DNA of 64,000 nucleotides from Candidatus Latescibacterota bacterium. Its GTDB lineage: Bacteria; Latescibacterota; UBA2968; SICM01. Under the pieces are notes generated by a model. It searched no databases. It saw only the letters and a program-made list of their open reading frames with translations, and was not told the origin of the DNA. This document shows, in pieces, positions 21,709 through 31,945 of this stretch. Both the position numbers and the translations under genes were made by a program. The stretch is taken from contig CBDCJO010000002.1 of NCBI GenBank assembly GCA_965217865.1, positions 288,001 to 352,000 on the forward strand, read 5' to 3'. Position 1 is the first letter of the stretch. Each line of letters starts with the position of its first letter.

Positions 21709-21935
21709 GGGAGGGTGTAAATTTCTTTGTGTAAATGGCCATAATCTCCCAGAATTCCTAATAGTATGGAACCCATCAACAAAGGAGGAGATATGGCAAA
21801 ACCAGAAGAAGAGCGTGACCAGCTGCTCAATGAGTTGGTAGACGAGTTTGTCGAAGACTGCAAGAGTGCTGAAGATCTACTGTGGTGAAAACGGGATCGT
21901 CAAGCAGTTGATGAAACGGGTGTTGGAGCAGAAAT
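21709..21935 (+). mobile_element. IS256-family left-end remnant
   Basis: IR-like GGGAGGGTGTAAATTTCTTTGTGTAA; GGAGG RBS; LVDEFVEDCKSAEDLL/GENGIVKQLMKRVLE. Confidence 0.7.
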
Positions 21936-22056
21936 TATGGAATCCAGCCCCCCCTTGGCCCGGAATCGGCCGCTGAGGCACGGAATCCGGCCCGTGTGCG
22001 ACTTTAATTCGGAATCCGGGCAACGGATGCGACCTCCACAAAAAAAGCGACCGTGG
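21931..22056 (+). repeat. Short non-coding module with GGAATC repeats; inverted copy 55126-55252, diverged copy ~38770-38850
   Basis: Direct sequence comparison. Confidence 0.85.
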
Positions 22057-22144
22057 CAGCCTGGTTCGACGTTTGGGAACGTCCCCCGGTATGTATTCAC
22101 TGGAGCCGGACCAGTTCTCCCGAATTTGAGCAGTTCCGCGTCGG
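22057..22144 (+). repeat. Partial third copy of the end of the HGGxSTG module (matches 54543-54630)
   Basis: CAGCCTGGTTCGACGTTTGGGAACG...GTTCCGCGTCGG shared. Confidence 0.85.
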
Positions 22145-22145
22145 G

Positions 22146-22440
22146 GTTGAACGAAGCTCGCCCCGCGCCCGCGACATCCTCGCGGGCAAGAACCCCGCCG
22201 AGGACATCCGCATGGAGAAGCAGACGCCGACCTTCCGCGAGTTCACTGACGAGTATCTGCGCCGTGCGGTCCGCACTGGAAGCCTTCGGGACGCAAGACC
22301 GTGCGTATATACCTCAAGGCCCGCATCCTGCCCGCCTTCGGCAAGATGCCCATCGACCGAATCGGTCCCGAAGACGTGGCCGCGTGGTTCGACACGGCGA
22401 GCAGGCGGCAACCGTCATCGCCCGCGCCATGAGGTTCCGG
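22146..22440 (+). pseudogene. Tyrosine integrase N-terminal fragment
   Basis: GKNPAEDIRMEKQTPTFREFTDEYL; YLKARILPAFGKMPIDRIGPEDVAAWFD in shifted frame. Confidence 0.65.
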
Positions 22441-22646
22441 GTCAAGATCGCCATTCCCTATACACTGTTACTCGCCAATTTCGAATTTTTCCTCTTCGCT
22501 GTGAACATACTTTCCCAACCAGTTCCAAAAATCTTGTTTGAATATCGACAGAAGTTTGTCAGGTGTTTCTTCGCCATCTAAGGAATATTTGGGAAATTTT
22601 AAATTTGAGATTTCGGGAAGAAGGTTGTCTAGTTCTTTATGATCTC

Positions 22647-22763
22647 CTTGCCAGGAGGATTATCGAAGGCAGGCCATACAAAACTATCGAAGAGCTTCTA
22701 AATGTGAGAGACATCAGACCGGCAAAACTGAATGCCATCCGGCCGCACATAACCACAAACTAG
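22647..22763 (+). pseudogene. ComEA-like helix-hairpin-helix fragment
   Basis: LARRIIEGRPYKTIEELLNVRDI.PAKLNAIRPHI. Confidence 0.6.
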
Positions 22764-23068
22764 CACTTACCCTCTAAAGAGGGTGCGATCCATGGGGAGC
22801 TAATATCGAGTTGGTGGGCCGGGTGAGTTTCTTTCAGAGCGCGTCAGCGATCGTCTTCTGTGGGGGCTTGTCTCAGGGGCTTGGGAGAATGGACAGACTG
22901 ATTGGGGGAAAGCATGAGCGTTGAGCCAATCAGCATATTGACCGCGATCGTGGCGGTGGGAGTGGTCTTGGCCGAGGCGGCGATGTTCGCCTGTCTGAGC
23001 TTCGCCCGCCTGCAAGGCGTCGAGGCTGATCGCGGGCGGCCCTAACTGCGGTGGGAAGGGCGGTACGA

Positions 23069-23669
23069 ATGTCCGTGTTTCGGGCAAATTGTCCATATTG
23101 CGGCACCAAAGAGGTTGCGTTCACGATTCTCTGTGAAGAGTGCTTGGATAACAAGGGCCACTGGGATACATTTGCTAAATGCGGCTACTGCGACCGTGGG
23201 ATTGTCGCGACATTTGACGTGTTCGGCGGGCGGGCTCCAAGTGTAAGCCTCAAACTCCATCTTCTGGGAATTGCTCCGCCGCTTCCCGACACCGGTGCGC
23301 CGGACTATACTCCTGAAAATGTCGCGCGCTTCTCCGAGCAAGCTATTGATAACCTGCCTAAAAACTGGGACGCCGCCGGCAGTATGTTCCGCAAGGTGCT
23401 GGATACTGGCTTGAAAAGCAAGTTTCCCGAGATGAAAGGCACATTGTACAATCGCATAGAGGAGGCTGCCAAGAAACAGGATTTGACGCCCGCTTTGGCC
23501 GAATGGGCGCATCAGATTACGGCTTGGAGGCAATGACGCCGCACATGAGGAAGAGCCAATTTCTAAAAATGATGCGGAGAAATTATCCAAATTTACCAGG
23601 CTTGTTTTCCTCTACTTGTTCACACTGCCTGGCATGCTGGAGGAAGCTCAAAAGCGAACCGGAGAATAG
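23069..23669 (+). pseudogene. DUF4145 (HEPN-like) protein with Zn ribbon, frameshift ~23517
   Basis: CPYC/CGYC; AAGSMFRKVLD; WAHQI then RLGGNDAAH in another frame. Confidence 0.75.
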
Positions 23670-23718
23670 ACCGGTGATTTTGGAGGAAGCAAGTTTCGGC
23701 GAGGGAATCAACATACGC

Positions 23719-23795
23719 TGGCGGGCGTCGCAGATAAGGGGCTGTTCATCACCACAGGAGGGTTCACCAAGGATGCGGAGCGCGAGGCCGCGTGA
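23719..23795 (+). pseudogene. Mrr-family restriction endonuclease fragment
   Basis: ADKGLFITTGGFTKDAEREA. Confidence 0.6.
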
Positions 23796-24155
23796 CTCCA
23801 AGAGAATAGACATCAGAGCTAGCATCAACGGGTTCGCCAGCTTGTTGTTCGGGCGACATATAGCCTGGTGTTCCGATAACCCATCCGGACTTTGTGAGTT
23901 TCTTGGCGTCTTCTGCGGAAAGAGCAATTCCAAAATCAACGAGATAGGTGGATTCCCGGTCAGGCCGGATAATGATGTTTTCGGGCTTAATGTCTCGATG
24001 CACAATAGATAAACCGTGGGCGTGCTCCAAGGCCAATGCAACCTGATTAAACCAGACCCGGGCTTCACTAATCGAGCAAGGCCCCTCATTGAGTATTCCT
24101 CTGAGATCTGAACCTTCTATGAACTGAAAAATAATAAGAAATGGTGATTATGCAC

Positions 24156-24184
24156 TTGACTAAGGTTGGCAGGTTTGGTAAATT
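24156..24184 (+). promoter_or_regulatory. Putative sigma70 promoter from the left IR, reading into the passenger genes
   Basis: TTGACT-N17-TAAATT; ATG 6 nt downstream. Confidence 0.55.
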
Positions 24185-24190
24185 GATGGG

Positions 24191-24709
24191 ATGGAATGGA
24201 AAAGTGTTTTTCGGAACCCGCTTTGCGCCTTGTCGGTGCTGGCTATGTTCGCAGGTTTACTGGTCGATTTTCAGGGGGCGGCGTCTAAAATGGCACGAGC
24301 TATTCCCCTAATAGAAGCCTTACTGCCATTGATAGCCCTTGGGGGGGTTACGTTCTTTGGGTTGTGGTCAATATGGGCGGTTCCATCATTCTTCTGGGCG
24401 CGTCGCCCTGCTGCCAAGTTTGGAACAAATTACTATTTCATAGTGAAATGCCGCAATGCCGTTGAAGGTCGCATTATCGGCATATTGGACAACAATTCTC
24501 ACTTGTATGCCGGAATGACGGAACTTTCCAATACGTTGAGTCGATTCCGAATCCAATGTCCCAATATAAATCCTGACGATAAATATTACGCAGTAGTATG
24601 GTTCAACTTTCTTGCACAATTAGCGCCATTGGCACGGCACGATGATTTGTACAATGCACGCAAACTTGGATTACGGGGAAATGAATCACATGACCGAACC
24701 CAACTTTAA
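24191..24709 (+). CDS. Hypothetical 2-TM membrane protein (IS passenger)
   Basis: Two N-terminal hydrophobic helices; lower GC; overlaps methylase start. Confidence 0.6.
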   Translation: MEWKSVFRNPLCALSVLAMFAGLLVDFQGAASKMARAIPLIEALLPLIALGGVTFFGLWSIWAVPSFFWARRPAAKFGTNYYFIVKCRNAVEGRIIGILDNNSHLYAGMTELSNTLSRFRIQCPNINPDDKYYAVVWFNFLAQLAPLARHDDLYNARKLGLRGNESHDRTQL

Positions 24710-25859
24710 GAACCGCACGATATGGACGGGCGACAACCTGGACATCATGCGTGGCATGAACTCCGAAAGCGTTGATCTGATCTACCTTGATCCGCCCTTC
24801 AACTCCAATCGCACCTACTCCGCGCCCGTAGGAAGCAAGGCGGCGGGGGCTGCCTTCAAGGATTCATGGTCGTTATCCGATTTGGATGTTGCCTGGATGG
24901 GGATCATTGCCGACAAACATCCGGGCATGTATAAGGTTCTGGAAGCGTCTGGCGTCGCTCACGGAAAAGGGATGCAATCCTATCTTTGCATGATGGGTGT
25001 CCGAATCCTTGAAATGCATCGTCTCTTGAAGCCTGCGGGGAGCATCTATCTTCATTGCGATCCCACGGCCAGTCACTACCTCAAGCTGCTTATGGACGCG
25101 GTATTCGGGCAGGAAAATTTTCGGAGTGAGATCACGTGGCGCCGTACCAATGCGAAAGGATTGGCGTTCAAGAGCTACCCGAACAACGCTGACTTTCTGT
25201 TGTACTACAGCAAAGCCGAATCTTTTACGTGGAATCGTCCATTTCGCTCCCATGATCCGACCTATTTAAAAAAATTTTACCGACATGTTGATCCAAAAAC
25301 CGGACGGCGCTATCTACTCGACAATCTGGCGAACCCGAACTCGGATCGCCCTAATTTGACATACGAGTTTCTCGGAGTAACCAGAGTTTGGCGTTGGACA
25401 CGAAAACGAATGCAGAAAGCCTACGAACAGGGTCTCGTTGTGCAGCAACGTCCGGGTGCAGTTCCAAGACTCAAAAGGTATTTGGATGAGATGAAAGGCG
25501 CCCCGGTTGATACGATTTGGGACGATGTAAAGCCAGTACAGGCTCAATCCGGGGAGCGCATCGGCTATCCCACCCAGAAGCCCCTTGTCCTCCTGAACAG
25601 GATCATCCAGGCAAGCAGCGACATCAACGATATGGTCATGGACCCATTCTGCGGATGCGCAACGACCTGCGTGTCGGCGGACAAGCTGAACCGCCAATGG
25701 GTCGGAATAGACATCTCGCATAAAGCTTCCGAGCTTGTCAACATGAGACTTCAATCGGAATTGGGAGACCTTTATCATTCCCGCCTGGTTGCGGTCCGAA
25801 CCGACGTTGTATCTATTCTGAGATAACAAGAGAAAAGCAGATAAAGGTCCAAGCAAGAT

Positions 25860-26891
25860 TCAGGCAGCCTTGTGGATGGTCTGGGATGTTCTTTGCCGAT
25901 TGATTTCTATGCGGCGCTGCCGAGCCTCCTCCTTTCGACCTTGTCGGTGGTGAAGAATCTTTTGATGCTGGCCTTTATGCCTCTGAAGAGGCGTGACATA
26001 CTGTATTGCCCCGTGATAGCGTTCGGCGTTGTAGCTGTGAATGAAGGAATCAATCAGGCCTTCCAGTTGATGGAATGTGAAGATGTCCTGGAAGCGCAGC
26101 CAGTCGTATTTGAATGTCCGGAAAAAGGCTTCGATCCAGGCGTTGTCCGTGGGTGTTTGATATCGGGCAAACAGCTGCGAGATGCCCAGGTCCTTGAAGA
26201 ATTGGGCCATCGATTTGGCCTTCATCTGAGATCCGTGATCTGAGAGGGCTGTCAAGCTTATGGGCCCAGTGTCCAGGTCCAGCAGTCCTTCGTTGGCAAG
26301 GGCTTGATCCCAGGCCTGTTTGACCTGCTCCACGGTCGCGTTGAAGGAGAGCTTCCATCCTACGATCTTCCTGGAATACACGTCGAGAATGGCGGTAAAA
26401 TACAGGAACAAACCGAAAAATGGGATGTAGGTCAGGTCCCAGCTCCAGACCTGATTAGGACCTTCAGGTTTGACCTGGGGCTTGCTCTGCTTGACCGGCG
26501 TCCTCACCTGTTTCCTGCGTGCCAGACGTTCTTTCCTGGCCTGTCGGTAGAAGCTGGAGGCCGAGGCCTGCACTACCCCCTTCTCTGAGGCTACCACCGC
26601 CAGCTGATGGGGAGGCAGATCGGCATAGGTCTCATCCCTTAAGAGGGCCGGGATTTGCTCTTTCTCCTCCCTCAGCAATCCGTGTGGGGCCTCATCAGGG
26701 GCGGGCCCGGGCTTCCCATCCAAAAGCGGGTCCGACACCCCATCCAGCTTCTCTTCTCGATCTCGCCGGCTCCAGGCACAATACCGCTGGAGGGGAAGCT
26801 GTAGGATCTCGCAAGAACGGGTGAGTTTCACCCCTTTCTCCTTGGCCCGATGGACCATTAAGAGGATCTCGCGTTTGACCTCAGCTTGCAC
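25860..26891 (-). CDS. IS3-family transposase OrfB
   Basis: WSWDLTY, SDHGSQM, PTDNAWIEAFFRTFK. Confidence 0.9.
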   Translation of the reverse strand: MQAEVKREILLMVHRAKEKGVKLTRSCEILQLPLQRYCAWSRRDREEKLDGVSDPLLDGKPGPAPDEAPHGLLREEKEQIPALLRDETYADLPPHQLAVVASEKGVVQASASSFYRQARKERLARRKQVRTPVKQSKPQVKPEGPNQVWSWDLTYIPFFGLFLYFTAILDVYSRKIVGWKLSFNATVEQVKQAWDQALANEGLLDLDTGPISLTALSDHGSQMKAKSMAQFFKDLGISQLFARYQTPTDNAWIEAFFRTFKYDWLRFQDIFTFHQLEGLIDSFIHSYNAERYHGAIQYVTPLQRHKGQHQKILHHRQGRKEEARQRRIEINRQRTSQTIHKAA

Positions 26892-26914
26892 CCGGTGGCC
26901 CTTGATCGGGCCTG

Positions 26915-27250
26915 TCAGATCCCATTCACACTTTTTTTTAGCAGGGAAAGTTCCACAGATTGCTCAATGATCGTTTGCTCCAGGCGTGCCCGCTCTTTGC
27001 GCAGCTGCTCCACCTCCTCAGCCGATACCATCGGCTTGCGGCTCCGGCGACCCTTGAACTCCTTGAGGGCCCCGGACTTGACCGACTCACGAATACGCTT
27101 TAGATCCGAGGAATGAATGCCCCATTTCCGCAGCACCTGTGCAATGGGAACATCTCCCCGGCTGGCTTCAAGGAAAATCTCATACTTCTGTTCCGGGGAC
27201 AAGCTCCTGCGCTTCTTGACCGGGTCACTGTTTGAGGACAGTTGCTCCAT
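26915..27250 (-). CDS. IS3-family transposase OrfA
   Basis: RRSLSPEQKYEI HTH plus coiled coil; AGGAGG RBS. Confidence 0.85.
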   Translation of the reverse strand: MEQLSSNSDPVKKRRSLSPEQKYEIFLEASRGDVPIAQVLRKWGIHSSDLKRIRESVKSGALKEFKGRRSRKPMVSAEEVEQLRKERARLEQTIIEQSVELSLLKKSVNGI

Positions 27251-27637
27251 CTTTACTCCTCCTGTGAGGTCAGGGATATCCCAAAATATGTATCCCTTCT
27301 CAACCCTACAGGCAACCAGGATCTTGCTTCGACCTTGCCCCCGTTTTTTCGGGCGATCTCAGACAAAAGATAACGTTCCAAAGCGCACTGACTTGGGCGA
27401 ACTTCCCGATTACCGAACGTACAAGCATATCCTGTTCGGCAAGCAGGAAGGAGTATGCGGTGGTTGTCGTTCAACGTTCCAGTTCAGGAACTTCACGGTG
27501 GATCATATCGTACCCAAAATCAAAGGAGGAACCAACCACCAAGACAACCTGCAACTGCTCTGCGGAGCCTGTAACAGCTTGAAAGGTGATAGGCCGCAAG
27601 CCTATCTGGTGGCGAGATTGAAAGGCTTGGCCACACC

Positions 27638-28531
27638 TTAGGCCGCCGTCAGGTTCCGGTACGTGATGTTGTCCGTGTTCATGATCCGGCGAAGCGTATC
27701 GTGGAACAGGCGAGGATTGTTACGATTGTTGAACCTCCATTCAAGCTCTTCAAGATAACGGTCCATATGCTTAGTGCTCATCTTGTGAAACGTCCCTACG
27801 ATGGAACGCTTGAACAGGGACCAGACGCCCTCGACGCTGTTGGTGTGCACGTCGCCGACAACCCATTGCTCTTCGGAATGCCTGACGGTTTCATGACGGG
27901 TGTCATGGTCCTCGACTCCGAGATAGGATTTCAACTCGTCCGTGTAAATGGCTTCCGCTTCGTCCTTGACGGTTCGCCGGATAAAGTCATGAAGCGTCTG
28001 GCGTCTGACGTTGGAGATGCGCTCGATTCGGATGTTTCCGCCCCTCTGGACGGCCCCTGCGATCCAGGTTTTGTTTCCCTTGTAGGCGCGCCCCTTGTTC
28101 TTTGTCCTGCCTCCTACAAGCGTTTCGTCCACTTCCACGACGCCGAGCAGCGTCGGCCCCTCAAACGGATCGTTGCCCATAGCCTTCCGGATTCTGTGGC
28201 AGAGATACCAGGCCGACCGGTAGGCGACGCCGAGCGTTCGTTGAAGTTGAAGCGCGGAGATGCCTTTTTTGGATTCGCACATCAGGTAGATCGCCAGGAA
28301 CCATTTGCGAAGCGGCAGATGAGAATCATGCATGATGGTCCCGGACATAACGCTGAACTGGTACTCGCATGACCGGCATTCCCACAGGTTGTAATCGTGA
28401 AGCTCGTTTACCCCCGTGTCTCCGCAGCGCGTGCAACATACGCCGTTCGGCCAGCGGATGCGCTCAAGGGCTTCCCTGCACTTCCCGTCATTGCCGAACC
28501 GGTCAATCAAGGAGATAATATTGACGTCCAT
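27638..28531 (-). CDS. IS1595-family transposase
   Basis: Zn ribbon CTRC/CRSC; VEVDET, IYTDE, HTNSVEGVWS, YLEELEWRFN. Confidence 0.95.
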   Translation of the reverse strand: MDVNIISLIDRFGNDGKCREALERIRWPNGVCCTRCGDTGVNELHDYNLWECRSCEYQFSVMSGTIMHDSHLPLRKWFLAIYLMCESKKGISALQLQRTLGVAYRSAWYLCHRIRKAMGNDPFEGPTLLGVVEVDETLVGGRTKNKGRAYKGNKTWIAGAVQRGGNIRIERISNVRRQTLHDFIRRTVKDEAEAIYTDELKSYLGVEDHDTRHETVRHSEEQWVVGDVHTNSVEGVWSLFKRSIVGTFHKMSTKHMDRYLEELEWRFNNRNNPRLFHDTLRRIMNTDNITYRNLTAA

Positions 28532-28682
28532 GGATCACACTCCTAAGAAGAAGAAGAAATTGCCTAAGGATTTCGCCGAGCGGACCGACCACGAGCTCAT
28601 GGAGCTGCTTTTCGGAAAACAGGTCATGAAAGCCGTTGACAAGATCGTCGATGACCGGTCACAAGGCTTTGACAGTAAGTAA
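28530..28682 (+). CDS. Small hypothetical protein divergent from the IS1595 transposase
   Basis: MDHTPKKKKKLPKDFAERTDHELMELLFGK, 50 aa; start codons overlap in CATG. Confidence 0.35.
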   Translation: MDHTPKKKKKLPKDFAERTDHELMELLFGKQVMKAVDKIVDDRSQGFDSK

Positions 28683-28702
28683 GTAACGTCGTCCATAGAC
28701 TT

Positions 28703-28731
28703 AATATAACAATATTCTTATCCTTAGTCAA
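28703..28731 (-). promoter_or_regulatory. Putative sigma70 promoter from the right IR, reading toward the transposase
   Basis: TTGACT-N17-TATATT. Confidence 0.6.
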
Positions 28732-29293
28732 GTGCATAATAACCTAAGAAATACTTTTCCAGCACTGAAAGAGACATCGTAGATCGAAGGAATGTTCGGA
28801 TGGGAGAGGCTCGCTAGGATACGGGCCTCTCTACGAAATCTCTCTTGCTCAGTTTCAGAGAACTCGGTTGCCAGTGGAGTCAAAACCTTGACCGCAACAT
28901 CACGCTCTAGAGCGGTGTCAGCCAAGGGCGAACTTCGACAACGCCGTTAGCGCCCTTCCGTCGAGAAGCCGTTCGCCGATCGTTGCCGATCCGGTCAGAC
29001 CTTCGCGTAGCGTCTCGATGATTTCTTCCAGTAATGGCCGGTGGTCCTTGCCATCGGAGAAATCCTGGAGTGCCAACGCGGAAATGGCCCTCGTCCAACG
29101 GGCGACCGCTGATCGCATTTTAACTGCTCCGCACCGAGGCGAACGTCACGACGATATTCTGCCGGGCCTGCGGCATCTGACGATCAATCGTGCGATCTAC
29201 TGGTTTGACGTTAGTGAAGCCACGTCGAGCCACCGCCTCCGGCGCGGCTCGACCTTGGCCCTTCGCGGGCGGGGCATCAAACCCCGCCCTTGA

Positions 29294-29410
29294 CCAAAGG
29301 GGAACACATCCCCTTTGGAAACCCCAGGCTTAGGGAGCTTCGCGCCCCCTAAGAACCCCCGCGAGCAGTGTCGATTCCTCCCCGCGCAAAGCGCGGGGTA
29401 TCCTCGACAG
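29294..29410 (+). other. Putative oriT-like region
   Basis: Hairpins CCAAAGGGGA-N5-TCCCCTTTGG and CCCCGCGC-aaa-GCGCGGGG followed by TATCCTC; relaxase remnant nearby. Confidence 0.4.
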
Positions 29411-29646
29411 AAAAACCATGCATGAAGAAAAGAAAAGCATACGTATCCTGGCCGTGTTTTTCGGTCGACAGGATCACGTCCGACACATGCTGACTCGGCT
29501 CATCGGTAGCTGAGGAAGTCCATTCATGACAAGTGGATCGACAAACCTATATCGAGGTTTCCGTCTTTTTCTGTTTCGTTCCGACGGGTATCGGACGGAA
29601 ACGTCAAAGTCGATCGTTCGTCGTTAATTTCAGCAGGGGCTAGGAA

Positions 29647-30603
29647 GTGCCAGTTTTTGATCTTTTTTCATATCGCAAACGGCGGGCCGAAGGCGAAAGA
29701 CCGGATGTATTCGTCTACGACACGCTTCCCGAGCCACTCCGAGTGCAAATCGTCCAAATCATGCAAGATGCTATCGGCCGATTTCATGTCTATAATTCCC
29801 TGTTCGATAATTCCCCGTTCGATGGCGCGATCGAGAACAATGTAGGCTGGCAATTTATCCACGATACGGTTGCCCGGGAGCATGGTGTATTCCGGTTAGC
29901 GGATGAAATAAAACTAGATGCTCGTTGCGCGTATTTTCTTCTCAACTGTGATTCGGTGAAACGAGTGCTTGATCTTGTTGAATTCAGCTTTCGCTACGTC
30001 GATAAGATTGCCCGGATATTCAACGAACATGATCGCCAGAGAAAAGGGATAGAGGTGACAGCAAGCGATGCAATTGCTGAGCTCAACGAGCGTTTCCGAC
30101 GTGCTGGCGTGGGATATCAATTTGAGGAGGGAAATATCTTTCGTGTCGACTCAGAATTGATTCACTCCGAAGTGGTGCGGCCCGCGCTTCGACATCTCCA
30201 CCAAAAGGGCTTTGAGGGGCCACGTGATGAATTCATCCGCGCGCACAAGCATTACCGTGCTGGCGAAATGCAAGATGCAATCACGGATGCCAACAACGCG
30301 TTCGAAAGCACATTGAAGGCGATTTGCGATCAGAAAGGTTGGCGGTATCCAGAGGGTGCCCGTGCTTCGGATCTTCTCAAGCTAGTGCGCGCGAAGGATC
30401 TTTTGCCAGACTATCTGGACCGGTCGTTCGACCAGCTGATTGCTACACTTAAGTCGGGTCTTCCGGAAGTGAGGAACGAGGAGGGTGCTCATGGCCAAGG
30501 AGCAACACCGCGGAAGACACCCAATTATGTGGCGGCCTACGCGCTCCATTTGGCGGCCGCCAACATACTGTTTCTCGCTGAAGCGCATAAAGCGATGAAA
30601 TAA
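29647..30603 (+). CDS. STM4504/CBY_0614-like abortive-infection protein, copy 2
   Basis: Near-identical to 11012-11953 with a 5-aa insertion. Confidence 0.8.
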   Translation: MPVFDLFSYRKRRAEGERPDVFVYDTLPEPLRVQIVQIMQDAIGRFHVYNSLFDNSPFDGAIENNVGWQFIHDTVAREHGVFRLADEIKLDARCAYFLLNCDSVKRVLDLVEFSFRYVDKIARIFNEHDRQRKGIEVTASDAIAELNERFRRAGVGYQFEEGNIFRVDSELIHSEVVRPALRHLHQKGFEGPRDEFIRAHKHYRAGEMQDAITDANNAFESTLKAICDQKGWRYPEGARASDLLKLVRAKDLLPDYLDRSFDQLIATLKSGLPEVRNEEGAHGQGATPRKTPNYVAAYALHLAAANILFLAEAHKAMK

Positions 30604-30720
30604 ATAAGGCATACCGTGATGTTTCGCTTCATCAGACGGCTGTTCGGGAACGATGTCACCACGGCCGATAGCCGGGGCGGCGGACGACACGGGGTTGGTC
30701 GTTCATCGATCGTCCCGCGC

Positions 30721-31130
30721 GATGAAATCTGGTTGTACATGGCTTCTGTCTAGCTTGAATCCTTCCTCTACGAGTGCTGCAAACAAGTATAGCTCCCATA
30801 GGCGGCTGTTGAAGCCTGTGGTTTGAATATCCTTGACGAAGTTGCCATCTGGTTCGTCAAAGACGTTCGCCATTTCAGTAATTATCTCTCGCGCTGCTGA
30901 ACAATCCGGGTCGTCAGCAAGAATCAGAAAGTTGGAATGGAGCCGATCATTAGACAGTGGCGTAAAGAAATCGAGGTGCTTTTCGGTCTCGTCTCCTTGT
31001 TCGAACGCTGTATCTTCTTTGGCATGCACCTCGTTCGATAATGCGGTACTGGGAGCCGAACGCGGCTCTCGTGTCAGACTTTATCGGAATGGTAACAAGT
31101 GTGTGTTCCCGAGTGCCTCCGGTCCTTGTG
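30721..31130 (-). pseudogene. Fragment of conserved hypothetical (nuclease-like) protein
   Basis: PDGNFVKDIQTTGFNSRLWELYL...QPDF; truncated both sides. Confidence 0.5.
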
Positions 31131-31320
31131 CGCGAAACGAGCGGCACGGTGCAGGACCGGGCCGGCGTCGTCGCCGCCCTGCAAGGAGGCGGGCTTCGAC
31201 GTGCCGCGCCAGGGCAAGAACTACGTGACCGCCCACGACCCGGACAGTGGGAAGCGGTGGCGGCTGAAAGGAGCGCTGTACGAGCATGACTTCCAACGCG
31301 AACGATTTGAGCGCCCGATG
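31131..31320 (+). pseudogene. MbeA-like relaxase fragment
   Basis: EAGFDVPRQGKNYVTAHDPDSGKRWRLKGALYEHDF. Confidence 0.65.
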
Positions 31321-31324
31321 GCGC

Positions 31325-31699
31325 GCCTGGGGGATCCCAGTGCGATGCGGTGCGGGCATGGTGGCCCTGCAAACCCTCCTCGCGCTCTACCGCCTTGGAG
31401 ACAGCACGGCCCTGCTGCAGTTGGTGAATCCGCTGATGTGGATCGGGCTGGGTCTGTTCTTCGTCACGGGCTGGGTCATTGGCTGGGTGGTGGAACGCCT
31501 TCTCCGCGGCACGACCGGTCGGTTCCGCACGCTGCTGCTGGGCGCGACGTTCCTGGCCACCCCCGTGGCGGTCGCCGGGAGCCTCGTGGGGGGGCTATTC
31601 GGCCCTCCGGGGGTCCTGCTCTATGGCCTGATCCCGTATCTCCTCCTGGTGGGGATTCCCAGACTGATTGGGGTCGTGTGGACCCGGCATGGCTCCTGA
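31325..31699 (+). pseudogene. Membrane protein, probably 5'-truncated (copy at ~44060-44434)
   Basis: Several Gly/Leu-rich hydrophobic segments. Confidence 0.45.
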
Positions 31700-31789
31700 G
31701 CTTCCGGAAGCAGAGTACGAACAACTCGAGGCGGTGTAGGACCTCCCACCAGTTGGACCGCCCTCCTGATTCTGAACGAACCTGGGCTG

Positions 31790-31945
31790 GCCAAGCGACG
31801 CTGGACGAGGACCTTGCGCGGTTCCCATACGTCAATGGCCGGTTGTTCGAGGAGCCGCTACGCATCCCGGCCTTCAACGCAGAGATGCGGACAGCGTTGC
31901 TGGACGCTTGCCGTTTCGACTGGTCGAACATCTCACCCGCCATCA
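31790..31945 (+). pseudogene. MmeI-like (type IIL) R-M enzyme fragment (copy at ~44525-44680)
   Basis: LARFPYVNGRLFEE...LLDACRFDWSNISPAI. Confidence 0.7.

Larger units (their letters stand above)
25808..27372 (-). mobile_element. IS3-family element (1565 bp), copy 1
   Basis: Ends TATCTTTTGTCTGAGAT / TGTATCTATTCTGAGAT; 4-bp TSD ACGT; A8G slippery site. Confidence 0.93.
24690..27641 (+). pseudogene. N6/N4 DNA methyltransferase-HNH endonuclease fusion interrupted by IS3
   Basis: GDNLDIM, YLDPPF, YPTQKP, DPFCGCATT; after the IS CGGC...VDHIVPKIKGGTNHQDNLQLLCGACNSLKG; removing the IS and ACGT TSD restores RTDVPKRTD. Confidence 0.9.
24143..28744 (-). mobile_element. IS1595-family transporter IS with passenger genes
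   Basis: 23-bp IRs GGTGATTATGCACTTGACTAAGG / GGTTATTATGCACTTGACTAAGG; 8-bp TSD TAAGAAAT at 24135-24142 and 28745-28752. Confidence 0.95.
23792..28925 (-). pseudogene. Ser/Thr protein kinase remnant split by IS1595 element (pieces 28745-28925 and 23792-24142)
   Basis: VAVKVL, HPNIPSIYD, HRDIKPEN, DFG, GTPGYMSPEQ; excising the element and one TSD copy restores GKVFLIIFQFIEG. Confidence 0.85.
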
